A stretch of 64,000 nucleotides of DNA from Chiloscyllium plagiosum (taxonomy: Eukaryota). This document shows, piece after piece, positions 25,901-39,800 of this stretch. A program made the translations under genes and the position numbers. The stretch spans positions 11,398,578 to 11,462,577 of the forward strand of contig NC_057751.1 of the NCBI RefSeq assembly GCF_004010195.1, read 5' to 3'. Below the pieces are notes generated by a model. That model searched no databases and was not told the DNA's origin. It was given only the letters and a program-made list of their open reading frames with translations. Positions within the stretch are counted from its first letter, which is position 1; every line of letters begins with the position of its first letter.

Positions 25901-26312
25901 TTAAGGATCACACAGCATCAGGTTATGGTCCAACAAATTTATTTGGAAGTAGCTTTTGGAGTGTGGCTCCCTAATGAAGGAGTCTACCTTCAAAGGCTAG
26001 TACTTCCAAATAAACCTGTTGGACTATAACCTGGTGTTCCTTGATTCTTAACTTTGTCCAGAGCTGAAAATGTGTTGCTGGAAAAGCGCAGCAGGTCAGA
26101 CAGCATCCAGGGAACAGGAGAATCGACGTTTCGGGCATAAGCCCTTCTTCAGGAAACTGGGCTTATGCCCAAAACGTCGATTCTCCTGTTCCCTGGATGC
26201 TGCCTGACCTGCTGCGCTTTTCCAGCAACACATTTTCAGCTCTGATCTCCAGCATCTGCAGACCTCACTTTCTCCTCTTAACTTTGTCCACCCCAGTCCA
26301 ACACTGGCGCCT
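25901..26312. mobile_element. Family A pLTR palindrome (26061-26275) nested inside a family B pLTR palindrome
   Basis: Perfect 15-bp TSD tcttaactttgtcca at 26046-26060 and 26276-26290; hammerhead motif at 26121-26156 (-). Confidence 0.85.
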
Positions 26313-28524
26313 CTACCCAGGAAAGGTCATGGGTTCATGAGTATAACACCACAGTCAGTGGCAGGTGGGAGCTGCTCTAACCGAGATAAGCATGGCTTGC
26401 AGTAAATTGTCATTGGCTGCAGCAGAAAATTGGAACAACATAGAGACCTCAAAGCTGGAGGGGGTGAGGGGTGAGTCTGTGGCAGAGAATTTTGAAAAGA
26501 AGTCCAAGAAATTTCAAACTGAGGCATCGCTAGCCCAACCATGAGGCAGTGCCCCCTTATCCAAATCTTTGCTGATGGCTTTGTAGTTGGGATGTTAAAA
26601 AAACACGACTTTCAACTGGCTGCATGGATTAGCAGGTTGCAGGGATAAGGCGGGGCTGTTGTTCTGGGTAAGATGCTTTTCAGAGGGTCAAATGGCTTCT
26701 ATCAGCACTGTAGGGATTGTGTGATCAGAAATTGCCAGCTTTGACTCCCAATCTGCACCGAGCCTGTATGGCAATCATCCAGATCCAGTAACCTCAGGTT
26801 TGAGAGAGTTCAGTCACTGTGCTGCTGCTGCTGGTGAACATGCCTGTGGATGCTGAGTCACAGTGGAATCAGGTTGCCCTGTGGACTCTCCTCGCAATCA
26901 ACTCTCCTGTCATACTCTGTCCGCAGCCTGAAGCGTGCAGTGGGGAGGGCTTGCACAGCTTTGGTAAGGCACTTGTTGGATGAGACCCCTCCAATGGGAG
27001 ATGAAACCTTCAGGAAAGGACAGGGCAGGGAGCAGAAAAGGGAAGACTTACATGAGGGGTGACTGTAGGGTACTGATAATGTTACAAGCTTCACAATCTG
27101 CTAGCCCGTACTAATGACTGGGTGCAAGGGCTCAAACCCTCTGCTAGATTCAAATTGAATAATGGTCTGGAATTGAAAGCTTGTCACAGTAATGGTGACC
27201 ATGAAAATATCATTGATTGTTGCAAAACCACACCCGGTTCTCCCATGCCCTTCAGTGAAGGACATCTGCTGTCCTTACTCAGTTAGACGTCCATGCGACT
27301 CCAGGCCCACAGCCATGCGGCTGATTCTGTCTGCCCTACGAAATGGCAGAGTGTGCCACTTAATTGAAGAGCAACGATGGATGGGCGACCTGTACCGGCC
27401 CAGCCAGTGGCACTCACTTCCCCAGAAAAGAACAGAAAGAAAAGAGATTATGTTGCCAGCAATGAATGAATTGTGCGACCAGAATCATTGTGCTGCGTGG
27501 AAATCTCGGGGGTATATCCTCTCTGTCTGGCTGACAGGCTTTTGAAATTGTGTGCTGGCCAAATCTGATTACCACAGAACCATTCCAGTTTGTGCAAGCT
27601 CGACCCTAAATGGTCGCTATCACATCATCTGTGACGTATCAGGAAATATCTGGTGGCATTAATACAGAGCAATTGACTGACCCTGCCAGTAAAGAGTTCA
27701 TGTTGTGTTACTCTGATAACAGTGAGTGCTTAAGTTTCAGTCGCATGAATAGCCTACATTGACTGCAGCACTGTACTGTCACATTTTTTCCCCACTCGTT
27801 TAATTCTGGAACAATGAATGGTGGCATTGTGTAAGTGAGATTCAGGAGAGTCGATCATTGTTTTACCACTGCATATTAGTGCTGCTGCCAGGGCCAGTAT
27901 TTGATGCTCCTCAATAAATGCCCTTGAACTGAGTGGCTTGCCAGGCCAGTTCAGAGAGCAAGTTACAAGTCGACCACAAGGGCTCTTGTGGAATAGTGGT
28001 AGTGTCCCTACCTTTGAGCTAGAAGATTTCAAATCCCACATGTTCCAGAGGTGTGTCATAACATCTCTGAACAGATTGACTAGGAAATACACAGAACAAG
28101 AGTCAACCACATTTCTGTAAATGAGACCAAAACAATGTGGATGGTGGAGATCAGCAATAAAAGACACAGCAAGTGTTGGAGAAACTCAGTCAGTCTGACA
28201 GTGTCTGTGGAGAGAGTGAGACAAAGCAAATGTTTCAAGCCCAGTATCACTGCTCTCTGGAATATTCAGGTTGCAGTGGATCTGGAGTGACACGTGTGCC
28301 AGACCGCATAGGATGACAGATTTCCTACCCTGTGATCAGATAGGGGTTTTTTGACAACTGTCTCTAGTTTATTGGGCATCATTGCTGAGATGGAATTTCA
28401 ATCCTTGAATTAAAAATGAGTTGAATTTATATTCCACCAGCTGTGCTTACATCTCAGGAACAGCATGGTAGCTACAATAACTCAAAGGCATATTAATGAT
28501 GACTAATGAGATGCAGAGAAGTTA

Positions 28525-28780
28525 TAGAACCAGAGAATCTCTTCAGTATGGAAGCAGGTTATTTGGCCCATCAAGACCATTTTGACCCTCTGAAGAGCAT
28601 CCTACTCATTTCCACCACCCCGACCCTATCCCTGTAGCCCTGCATTTCCTATGGCTAACCTACCTAGCCTAATATCCCTGAACACTATGGGCAATTTAGC
28701 CTGGCCAATCCACCCTAACCTCCACATCTTTGGACTGTGGGAGGAAACTGGAGCACCCGGAGGAAACCCAGGCAGACATG
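28525..28780 (-). mobile_element. HE1-type SINE, 5'-truncated
   Basis: ggactgtgggaggaaactggagcacccggaggaaaccca is the reverse complement of the HE1 body. Confidence 0.75.
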
Positions 28781-30921
28781 GGGTTTGCTGCTCGTCGGAT
28801 GCTGCCTGAATTGCTGTGCTCTTCCAGCACCACTGATCCAGAATGTAACTAATGGTCCCAATCAACAACAACTGGTTCCCCCACATTGATCTTTACCCAT
28901 TTGTTTGTCTGTCCAAATGTTGTTCTCGCTCTCTGGGCTCCACCTCCTCCTGTCTTTTACTCATCCCCCCCCATCCCACCTTCAGTATGCAGACCAACCT
29001 TTTCCGGGCGACAGTCAGTTCTGACCCGTGCTCACGGCAGCCAAAACGTTGACTCTGATTTCCTTCCACAGCTGCTGCCAGACCTGCTGAATTTTCCCAG
29101 CATTTTCTGTTTGTGTTCCTGATTTCCAGCAACCCCAGTTGTTGTTTTTCAGAGCGAAGACATGGGTTGTTGGCAAGATGAGACTGTACCAGAGTCTGCT
29201 ATCTACCCAAAACTCCTGAAAGGGTCCAATGATTCACCCCAGTGGCTGCATATTCTATATCAGACTGAGCAGAACTTCAGCTTGGCTCACAGATTAACCC
29301 TTTCATATTCATCACCATGTGCATAAGGTTGATGAACAACAATCACATGGTGCCAGAATTGGCTTTGTAATGAGTGGTGGAGGGGGCTCGATCAGCTTGA
29401 AGGAATGTAAGTGCCAGGCAGCATCAGGAGGTGGAGAAATCGACGTTTCGGGTGTAACCCTTGTTCAGGACTGGGGGTGGGTACGGGGGGGGGGGAGGCA
29501 AATGTAAACCCCCAGGAAGGGATGTGACACATGGGTGGAGAGTGGGATAAGTACCAGTTTGTCTCAGTCAAGAGGATGGTGCTCGAACCCTATTTGAACA
29601 AGTGATAGAATCCTGGATGTGGGAGTTTGTCCTATTTTCAGGAGAAGATTCTGCTCGCGGGACATTAAAGATGGTGGAGGGTCCTGGTTTTCCTCTCAAC
29701 TTAAATGCAGTGCTGACCAGCTCGATTAGACCAGTTGTTGGAGATTTCTTATCTACCAGTGTCTCTGCACTGGTCATTCACCTCACTGCCATCTGTAAAA
29801 TGCTGATGTCAGCAGCTTTTCTCTCATACTGATCTTCATCCGACTCCAAGCACTTTGGGGCATTTTTGAGGGATGTGACAAGGCACTATAGAAATGCAGC
29901 ATCATCACTAGTGTGATACTTACGGATGAGAATGACTCACTGGAGGATGGTGAAATGGATACTGACAGGTGGAAGTCTCTCTGTCGGAGTAGCAGTTCAG
30001 TGAATTATGCAGTGTCAGGGTGGTCAACGTGTCAGGGTTGAAGTTCAGGACATTCCAGGGGGATATTCACTGCGTCCAGGCCAGCACTGTCAGTCCAGCT
30101 CTTGTTGCAGATGTGGGCTGCAGACAGCAGCACATCTCAGTGCAGGTGCATGGCACCACACAAGACATGGGCAAAGCCACAGAAGGGTGAAGGATCTGCT
30201 GCACACCACTCCCACATAGCCGGGAGTTGGAATACATGTGTTGTTTGCTAGTATCGGACCTCATTGGGAAGGGAAACTTAATTCTGGCAAGTTGGCCTCT
30301 CGATGAGCACTCATGACATCACAGTGCATGCAAAAGGGCGTTCTCTGCTGGCCATCTGGACTCTTCCTCTTTCTTGCTTTCCTTCCCACTTTGGGAGAAG
30401 CTGGAATATCTGCCTAACGTCTACAGCACATCAACAAGTCTTAGAGTCCAGCAAATTTGATTGAGCCTTTATGTTACAAACATGTGAACCAGGACCAAAC
30501 GTAAGGTCTCTGGGTCCTTGAAGCCTGTTCTGCCATTGAATAAGATCATGGCTGGTCTGATTTTAACATCAACTTCACATTCCTGCACACCTTCATTCAC
30601 CCTTCACCCTATTGGTCATCAACAATCTGTCCACCTCTATCTTCAAAACATTGAATGATCTGACAATGTTCCACAGGCACCATCTCCTCCCAGAATTCCC
30701 TTCAACATACTGGTATAATCTTCTATGCTTTCTCTCTCATGTGTTACCTCGCTTCCCCCATATGTGATGAAGTAACCTGCACTTGTCTTTCTGTCATTGC
30801 GTGATAACTCAATGACCATCCAGTAGCATCATATTGGTGGAGATTATTTTATAAACTGTGCCAAACCCAGAGCTCTGAAATTCATCACACCAGTTGTCAT
30901 GGCTCCTGACAATTTATTCCA

Positions 30922-31392
30922 GACCATAAGACGCAGGAGAAGAAATTAGGCTATTCAGCCCATCGAGTTGCTCCGTCATTCAATCATGGCTGATAAGTTT
31001 CTCATCCCCATTCTCCTACTTCCTCCACATAACCCTTGACCCCCCTTGACAATCAAGAACCAATCTATCTCCGTCTTAAATATACTCAATGACCTGGCCT
31101 CCACAGCCTTCTGTGGCAGTGAATTCCATAGATTCACCACTCTCTGGCTGAAGAAGTTTCTCCTTATCTCTGTTCTAAAAGGTCTTCCCTTTACTGTAAG
31201 ACTGTGCCCTTGGTTCCAAGTCTCTCCTACCAATGGAAGCATCTTTTCAATATCTACTCTGCCCAGGCCATTCAGTATTCTGTAAGTTTCAATTAGATTC
31301 CCCCTCATCCTTCTCAACTTCATTGAGGAGAGTCTCAGAATCCTCAAACGTTTGTCATATGTCAAGCTTTTCATTCCTGGGACCAATCTCAT
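30922..31392 (-). mobile_element. CR1 3' fragment
   Basis: RLVPGMKSLTYDKRL...RRMRGNLIETYRIL...RRNFFSQRVVNLWNSLP. Confidence 0.85.
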
Positions 31393-32393
31393 TGTAGTTT
31401 GTAAGGTCTGTTTGTTTGAACAGCTATGGATATGCTTCCTCTTGAACTTTACACAAGAACATGATGGAAACACTCAGTGAGACAGGCAGCCTCTGAGCAG
31501 AACAGAAAACAGAGGAAACCTTTCAGGCCAAGTAACTGCTGCAGCCTGAATTAGTCTGTGTTCGAGCTGCTAACTGGTTGTGAGTGAGTGCGTGGATTAT
31601 TCTGATTCTAATGGAAGGTCATTGGTGCTGATAGTAAGCGATACATTTCTTTTCTCCCTCTCTTTCTCCGTCTCCATAGATTCTGCCAGATGTGCTGAAT
31701 GTTTTCAACATTTCCTGCTTTTGTTTCAGATTTGAAGCATGCACAGCACTTTATCTCGATGATTAGTTTCCTGTCTTCAGAATGTATTTCTGTCAGTGCT
31801 TTTGCAACAATTTTGCCAACTCATTCAAATAGTTCCACCCTTAACTGGACAATATCCAGGTCACCTCGTAAGCTAGGATCTCCTGTGAGGTAAAGGGAGA
31901 CAGTGTGGTGATGCCAGCATTATGTATATGTGCCTCACCACCACCTCCTCCAGGGTAATTAGGGTTGAGTGCTGGCTTTGTCAATGATGTCTGCATCCGA
32001 GGAACATAGGAACAGGCCAATCAGCCCCACAAGCCAGTACCACCATTCATTGGGATGGAGGCTGATCTGTGTCCTAACTCCAGCTATCTGCCTTTTGCCC
32101 ATGTCCTTAACACCTCTGCTTAACAAAACTGTATGTATCTTTGATTTGAATTGATGACTGACCTGACATCTACGGTCATTTGTGGAAGAGAGTTCTATAC
32201 ACGTCCCACCCTTTGTGCTTCCTAACATTTGTCAGCCAATTTAAATGAAGTCTGTCTTTCTTGTCCCTGAAGGGAGAAGGTGTGGCCGTGTTTTAACACG
32301 CTGCTGCCTCCCTCACCTGTCTTGGCTGGCGTCTGGAGAGGGGGCTGTGGTGCGCGGACACGAGCTGCTGAGACATTTCCTCTCTTGTTGCAG

Positions 32394-32594
32394 GGACACA
32401 GCGGGTCTCCACACAGGAGCCCCCAGAGGACAGCATGGCGCAGATCAGCAAGCCGCCTCTTTCGGTCACTGTGGAGGACGAAAAGGCCTTCGGCCCACCT
32501 CGCTGTATTGCACTGGCCTGGAACGTCATTGCAGTGCCCTGTCGAGCTGCCTGTTCCCCTGTCCGTCAACCGCAGATGAGATTTCCTCTTTAAG
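32394..32594 (+). CDS. Weak candidate cassette exon, 201 nt, phase 2-2 (DTAGLHTG...DEISSL)
   Basis: Good acceptor catttcctctcttgttgcag|G, weak donor AAG|GTAGAC, length 3n, CpG-rich non-repeat sequence; no recognised homology. Confidence 0.3.
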
Positions 32595-33269
32595 GTAGAC
32601 CAACCACAAAGAAACATACGGGGGAACCTACACTTATGTTGTCTCTTTTACCACCATTTGCTCACCCTTTGCGGCCAGTTCTCTTTTTGGTTGGAAACGT
32701 TGCCAATGTAGGAGAACACCACAGACCATGTCCTCACAGCAAGATCCCACAAGCAGGTCACATTCATTGGGTGATATGGCCAAGAGATAAATGTTGCCCG
32801 TGGCCACTGGGGGAAGCTCCCACACACTTTCACAGCTACCTGAGAGGACAAATGAGGTATGCTCGATTAACATCTGGCATCTCCGACTGTGCAGTGCTCT
32901 CAACTTACTACCTCTGCAGTTGGAATCGAACCCACAACCTTCAGACAAGACCTGAGAATTTCTGAGCAGCTTTGAGCTGGTTCTGAACAGCAGACGATCG
33001 ACTCACCCACGTCCCCTCCTCCCCTCCTCAACAGCAACCCCACACCACCCCTTTCCCGAGCCCCCCTTGAACTGGTCAAGCTTGGGTCCAGTCAGACAAA
33101 GCAAGAAGTAGACTCATCTGAATGACAAGCTGAGCCTCGCCACGGTCAAGGGTCAGACTCTATGTGCTGTCAGACTCTATTTGCCATCAAGTCGGCCAGT
33201 ATCATCAAGTCGGAGGGCGGTAAGGTTGTCCTTCATGTTCCATGACAATGCAGCTGCATAACTGAGACA

Positions 33270-34095
33270 TTGATCAGATGGGCTGATAGACCAAGGAGTG
33301 TCAGATGGTGTTTAATTTAGATAAAGGCGAGGTGCTGCATTTTGGTAAGGCAAATCAGGGCACTTAATGGTAAGGTCCTGGGGAGTGTCGTTGAACAAAG
33401 AGACCTTGGAGTGCAGATTCATAGTTCCTTGAAAGTAGAGTTACAGTTAGATAGGATAGTGAAGAAGGCATTTGGTATGCTTTCCTTTATTGGTCAGAGC
33501 ATTGAGTACAGGAGTTGGAAGGTCATGTTGCGGTTGTACAGGACATTGGTTTGGCCATTTTTGGAATATTACATACAAGTCTAGTCTCCCTGTTATAGGA
33601 AAGTTGTTGTGAAACTTGAAAGAGTTCAGAAAAGATTTACAAGGATGTTGCCAGGGTTGGAGGGTTTGAGAAATAGGGAGAAGTTAAATAGGGCTGGGGC
33701 TGTTTTCCCTGGAGCACCGGAGGCTGAGGGGTGACCTTATAGAAGTTTATAAAATCATGAGGGGGCATGGATAGGATGAATAGACAAAATCTTTTCCCTG
33801 GGGTGGGAAAGTCCAGAACTTAGAGGGCATAGGCTTAGAGTGAGAGGGGAAATATTTCAAAGGGACCTAAGGGGCAGAGGGTGGTGCGCGTATGGAATGA
33901 GCTGCCAGAGGAAGTGGTGGAGGCTGGTACAATTGCTACATTTAAAAGGCATCTGGATGGGTATATGAATAAGAAGGGTAAGGAGGAAATGGGCCAGGTG
34001 CTGGCTAATGGGACCAGATTAGGTTAGGATATCTGGTCGCCATGGACGAGTTGGGCCGAAGGGTCTGTTTCCATGCTGTACACATCTGTGACTCT
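33270..34095 (+). mobile_element. CR1 RT C-terminus to 3' end
   Basis: LGSVVEQRDLGVQIHSSLKV...KKAFGMLSFI; WNELPEEVVEAG. Confidence 0.88.
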
Positions 34096-35029
34096 CCAAC
34101 TCCAATGCAGCAAAGTAATTTCCAATGCAATTGAAACCATTTGGACCTTTAATGACTGTGTCCCTCAGTCAGTGGGCCCTTACCTTAACTTGCACCACTC
34201 CCTGTCATCCCACCCAAACTGACCTATGATGGTTCCGTTTTAAAATTCTTATCCTTGGTTTCAAATCCCTTCGTAGCCTTGTCCCTCCATCACTTTGTTC
34301 CACCCTCCAATCCCACAACCTTCAGTCTTCTCTGTGCTCCTCTAATACTGTCAAAGGTCAGCCAGATAGGGTGAGGATGGTAGATTTCCCTGTCTAAAGG
34401 GTATGAGAGAACCTGATGAGTTTTCAATAAACATCAAGGGTAACTTCATAGCCGAGACTAGCTTTCACTTCCAGATGTTTCTGATTAAATTCAAATCCCA
34501 CCAGCTGTCATTGTGATGGGATTTCAGTCCAAGTTCCCCAGACATTCACCTGGGCTTCTGGATTCGTAATTCAGAGACAGGGTGTGGTGACATTGAGTGA
34601 CAATTATAGGTGGAATTAAAATGCTTGAGTGTTCCCAGGCTGCAATGGATCTGACACCATGTGCTATTTTTGTTGGAAGATACAAACATGTCATTCAGAA
34701 ATCAAAAATATGTTTCTAGAGGAAAAGGACACCAAGTTCTTTTTCTGTCCTGACTTTCACAAGGCACAGAGGATCCTGAAGGACTTTCAGCCAATGAAGT
34801 ACTTTAAACTGACCTGCTGTTGTGGTGTAGGAAATGTAATGGCCAATTTGTGCAGGGCAAACTCCCAAATAAAGCAATGTGACAATGCAAGATCATAACT
34901 TGTGTGATTTTGACTGAAAAACATGTACTGTCTGGTGCATGAGGACTAAATATTCTGCTTTCTTTTAAATAGCACAGGGAGTCTTTTCACATGACCTTGG
35001 GAGAGAAAGAAGGGCCACAGATGTTTAAT

Positions 35030-35465
35030 GTCTCACACCTCCCCCCTTACTTCCCTCCAAAGCCCCAAGGGATCCTTCCATATCCGCCATAAATTCACCT
35101 GCACCTCCACACACATCACTTATTGCATCCGCTGCACCGGATGTGACCTCCTCTATATTCGGGAGACAGGCCGCCTACTTGCGGAACGTTTCAGAGAACA
35201 CCTCTGGGGCACCCGGACCAACCAACCCAACCACCCCGTGGCTCGACACTTCAACTCCCCCTCCCACTCCACCAAGGACATGCAGGTCCTTGGACTCCTC
35301 CATCNNNNNNNNNNNNNNNNNNNNNNNNNNNNNNNNNNNNNNNNNNNNNNNNNNNNNNNNNNNNNNNNNNNNNNNNNNNNNNNNNNNNNNNNNNNNNNNN
35401 NNNNCGATTCTCCTGCTCCTTGGATGCTGCCTGACCTGCTGCGCTTTTCCAGCAACACATTTTCA
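35030..35465 (+). mobile_element. Penelope-like element 3' part: GIY-YIG endonuclease, assembly gap, pLTR
   Basis: FTCTSTHITYCIRCTGCDLLYIRETGRLLAERFREH...PVARHFNSPSH. Confidence 0.88.
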
Positions 35466-35638
35466 ATACCTTCAGTGGGTCCCTGGATGAAGCACTGGTG
35501 GTATGGCCCGCTTTCTGTGTTTAGGTTTCCTTGGACTGGTGACATAATTTCATGTGCTGCTGTCATTTCATGTGGTAATATCATTTTCTATTCTTCATTT
35601 CCATAAATAGAAAGTGGGCCGTGCCACCAGTGGAGGCT

Positions 35639-35676
35639 CACTGATGATGTTACCTCATATGGTGATGAAACGTCTG
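35639..35676 (+). ncRNA. Minimal hammerhead ribozyme motif (family C pLTR)
   Basis: ca-CUGAUGA-u-GUUACC ucauau GGUGAU-GAAAC-GUC^ug; a degenerate relative lies on the minus strand at about 40380-40420. Confidence 0.55.
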
Positions 35677-38600
35677 GAAACAAACCTTTCAGCTCAGCGA
35701 GCAAACCTACATCCATATACTGATGTTACTTTGTCAGGCACTTGCCTGCCTTGTCTAATATTCTGCTTTTTGATTACAAAGATCCACATGTTTCTGGAGT
35801 CTGAGATCTTTATACCCTCAGGTCACATATGAGGATAGACTCATGATATCATGAGCTTTTTTCTTAAGGGTACACTGTGTCTTTTGAAAGTATACTGACA
35901 TACTAACTGAGATATCAGTGTTCCTACCATCCTCCTCTGGGCGGTTCAGGTTAAAGGGTGGTCAGTAAGATGTTGGGTTGATCTCCAGACACAGTTTACA
36001 TGTCTCTCATTCCAAAAGCATGTCTGGTGGAGGGCATGGGGTTGGGCTGTGAAACCCATCCCCCGGCATGGCCCTTCAATCCTTCCATCAATCTCCTTCC
36101 TTCGCGTTTCAGTCAATGGAAAATATGGCCCTTGTGAAATGTGGTCACCAAAACAATAAGGTAGAGAATAAAAATAGACAAAAACAGCACGAGTTTTGTT
36201 CTGTGATATCATTCAAGGATTCAATCACATGAAGGGCAGCTGCTATCAGGAAGGGGAAACTTAGTTCATCTGACCTTGGAAGTAGACACACACATTGATT
36301 GATTGTTAAGATGTTGAAGTGCTTTCAAAGTCTCCTGGTAGATGCTTGTTGGTCTGCGTTTAAACCTTCACTTTGCTGGCATTATATTCAAATGCTCCCC
36401 TTATTCAGCAACACCTTCTTCCCTGCTTAATGGACTTCTCAACTTTTAAATGTTATGTTGGTCTCACTCTGTGTGCACCTTCTGTGCAGCTGTAACATTG
36501 CATTCAGTGCTCTGTTCTATTTCCCCAGTGCATTTTGTACAGTATGATCTGCCCGTGTTGCAAACAAAACAGAACTTTTCACTGTACCAGGGTACATGTG
36601 ACAGTAACAAATCGGATCAAATCAAATCATCTGGGTTAGGGTGAGGAAAGGTGTTCTGGCTTTGGACTGACAGCAGCACACACCAGAGCTGAAAGATTTA
36701 ATTGTGATGTCAGTTTGCTCACATCAGGCCTGTACTCTCTCAGCTGGAGAAGATGAAATAACAGAAGAAGTAGGCCACTCGGCCCTTTGAGTCTGCTCCT
36801 CTGTCATGGCAGAACTGTTGGTGGCCTCAGCTCCACTTTCCTGCATGTCCCCGGAACCCTCGACTCCCTTGTGGCAAGAATAATCTGTCCACTTCAGCCT
36901 CCATTGCTCTCCGGAAGGTGAATTCCTGAAGACTAATGATCCTCTGAGAAGGATCTTCCCCTCATCGCTTAATGATGATTTTCTTCTGTAAAGGATGTGG
37001 GCGAGTAAGATTACATTCACCAATACATCCCAGATATTTCTCCCTCCTTCATGCACTCCACCTCCCAGGATGTGAAGAACAGATTGCAGACCATCTTTAT
37101 ATGGTCTCAATATGGCATCACCAGCTCCTGTAAGGAGTGCTCATGTGGTATATTTATGAACAAGATAGGTTCTTAGGACAATGGTCATGTATTCACCACT
37201 AAACAAGCTTTTATTTAAAATTCCTGATCTTATTTATTACTGAGTTCAAATGTTAACCACATGCCATAGTGAGACTCAATCTCATATGCTCACAGCATTA
37301 GCTTGGGGCACCAGTCCAGTGACAATACCACAAAACCACCTGCTGGCTCCCACTAACCATGAGATGATAATGAATAGATAATCTGTTTTTATGATGTTGC
37401 TGAATGGATACACGTTGTTCTCAGCAGTGGCAGTCTACTTAAATCTTCTTCCAATTCATACCATGGGAACTTTTTGGGTCTACCTGACAGGAATGTGTGG
37501 CCTTGGTTTAATTCCTTATCTAAATGACAGTGCAGCAGTCCATCAGTGCTGCAGTGGGAGTTCCAGCCTGGATTATGGGGGTCCTAGGGTGGGGCTTGAT
37601 CACTCAGTTTTCAGATTCAACAGCTCAACCCACTAACCCTAACACACAAGGTATTCAATGGTAATGTTATGTAAGTGTGCTGCATATACCCTGAGGAACA
37701 TCTTGTCTTTGTGCCAGCCCTACCCAAGGGATTCTGACTGCATGAAGTCTATTAACCAATCTGATTCGCCCTTCTCTACTCTTTAGGCACTTATCAGTGG
37801 AAAGTCACCAATAGTGGGAACAATAAAGCCTTTATCTACCATTGGTGAGCTTCAGGTAGCTCAGCTCAATCCAGGAAGTGGTCTTTTGTAACTTGGTCTG
37901 TGGAGGCTCAGAGTTGCACCGTTACCCACTGGGCCTGTGAGGAGAAAGTCCTGGTTTGGGTCCTCAATCCTCCCTCCCCGCAACCTTACACATAGGCAAC
38001 ATGACCATGGCAATAGGCCAGTCACAAAACATCCAGGCACGTGTTGAATATCCATTCACAAACAGAAGTCTACACAAGCTTCCAGAGATGGCCACACTCG
38101 AATTTACGACCGTACATGTCTGAATCAAGTCATGCACAATTTGTCGAAGGTGGAACACAGAGCTGGATGAGAAGCTGGTAAAAAGTCGGGAATTGGTTCC
38201 TTGGCAGCTACAGAAAACATGCCAAACTGGGACAAGGATGGTCTCCAATTTCCTGAGATCAGGCATACACTTCATTCTTACACCAAGGAGGGATAGCAGC
38301 CTGGAATGTTAGTGCAACTCTCACTGCCCAGGTTAGTGAATCAGTAATATCAGGCTATTGGAGAAGCTGTGAACTCAAGCAGTGGCCAGTTCATCTCATC
38401 TGCAGAGAGAGCAGGCTACACTGCAAACCCCACACCAAGTCCAAATCTGTCAACAACAAATTTCATCACAATAAAGCCAGAGAGAGGGTTGCAGAATTTC
38501 TGGAAGATATACTCTAATTATGTGTTGACAAAGAGAAATGATGAGCAATATTTAACACTGTGACTGAGTTGCTCCATTCACAGGGCCATCCTGTCCTTGG

Positions 38601-39086
38601 CTTTTCTTTTCAGAGAGGTTGTAAATGACACAAACTCTGAAAACTCTGAGGTTGAAAGATTTTTGGACCAATTTGATTATAGCTAACAGATGCTGCCTCA
38701 GCCAAAAGGCTTTCAGACTTTTAAAAGAATACCAGTGCAATGAAAGGGGAGTGGCCAGTTCTCCCAGCTCAGCTTCACTCTGGTTTGGTTTGGTTTTAGC
38801 ACAGTAGTGTTGTAAAGCTGCTGAGCCCAAAGAAGCAGGTCCATGCTGATCCTCCCTCTCTCTGACCTCCTTCCTATAACAGCCTATGTTTGATTTTACC
38901 TTTTGTGCCAAGGGGTGTTTATGGGAATTGTTGCAAGCACTGGGAACAATATCATTAAGGTATTCGGTATTCTGTTCTCTTTTGCTTGTGGTTCTTTCGG
39001 TAATCTTGTAAATAAATTCTGTTTTGTGAAACAGTTGCATCACTGCTGGAATATCCGCTTTACACCTGCTTACCTAGGCTACACCT

Positions 39087-39310
39087 GGGCAGCACGATGG
39101 CTCAGTGGTTAGCACTGCTGCCTCACAGCGCCAGGGACCAGGTTTGATTCCAGCCTCGGGTGACTGTCCATGTGGAGTTTGCACGTTCTCCCCGTGTCTG
39201 TCTGGGTATCCTCCAGATGCTCCAGTTTCCTGCCACAATCCAAAGGTGGATTGACCATGCTAAATTGCCCATAGTGTTCAGGTGAGTGCAGGTTAGTTGC
39301 ATTGGGTAGG
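39087..39310 (+). mobile_element. HE1-type SINE
   Basis: gggcagcacgatggctcagtggttagcactgctgcctcacagcgccaggga head and body. Confidence 0.85.
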
Positions 39311-39564
39311 GTAGGGGATTCCCTGCAGTGCTCAACTCTGTGATCCTTTGGGTATCTGATGTGTGAGGATGGGCAGGCAAGGTGGAGGTGTTTCTTCTGG
39401 GATTGCTCCAGGCACTGACTCAGAGTGATCTTCTGTCATGAATGCCGGTCTGATTGCTGATCCCTGTCCCTGGCTCAATGCACCCCATGACTTTGGCAAG
39501 CATCAGGCTGGTGTCTATCAGAGTGTCTGAAGCTATATGGATGGTGGGCACCACTTTCACATCA

Positions 39565-39800
39565 ATAGAATGGGCCGACCGTATTTGCAGTGACCATCAC
39601 TCAGCACGTGGGGATGGGAGCGCACTGGTTCAGAGATGGTCAGGAGTTGGCACTGCCACCCACACAGTGCTCCTCCCACCTGCCCTATCTGTGACGGGGT
39701 TTGGGTTTGCAGATTCAGATTTGGACTCTTCAGTCACCTCAGGACCGAGCAGGACCAGAATGGAAGTGAATCACCTTCTACTTGGAGGGACAGCCTGAGA
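39565..39800 (+). mobile_element. RTE-clade LINE 3' remnant
   Basis: TCPICDGVWVCRFRFGLFSHLRT resembles the C-terminal CxxC...GLxSH motif of RTE elements. Confidence 0.55.

Noticed and set aside
37787..37844. 58-nt exon-like segment (tctactctttag|G...TTG|GTGAGC)
   Set aside because: Not a multiple of 3 and the phase-2 frame hits TAG, so it does not fit the other exons; probably a pseudo-exon
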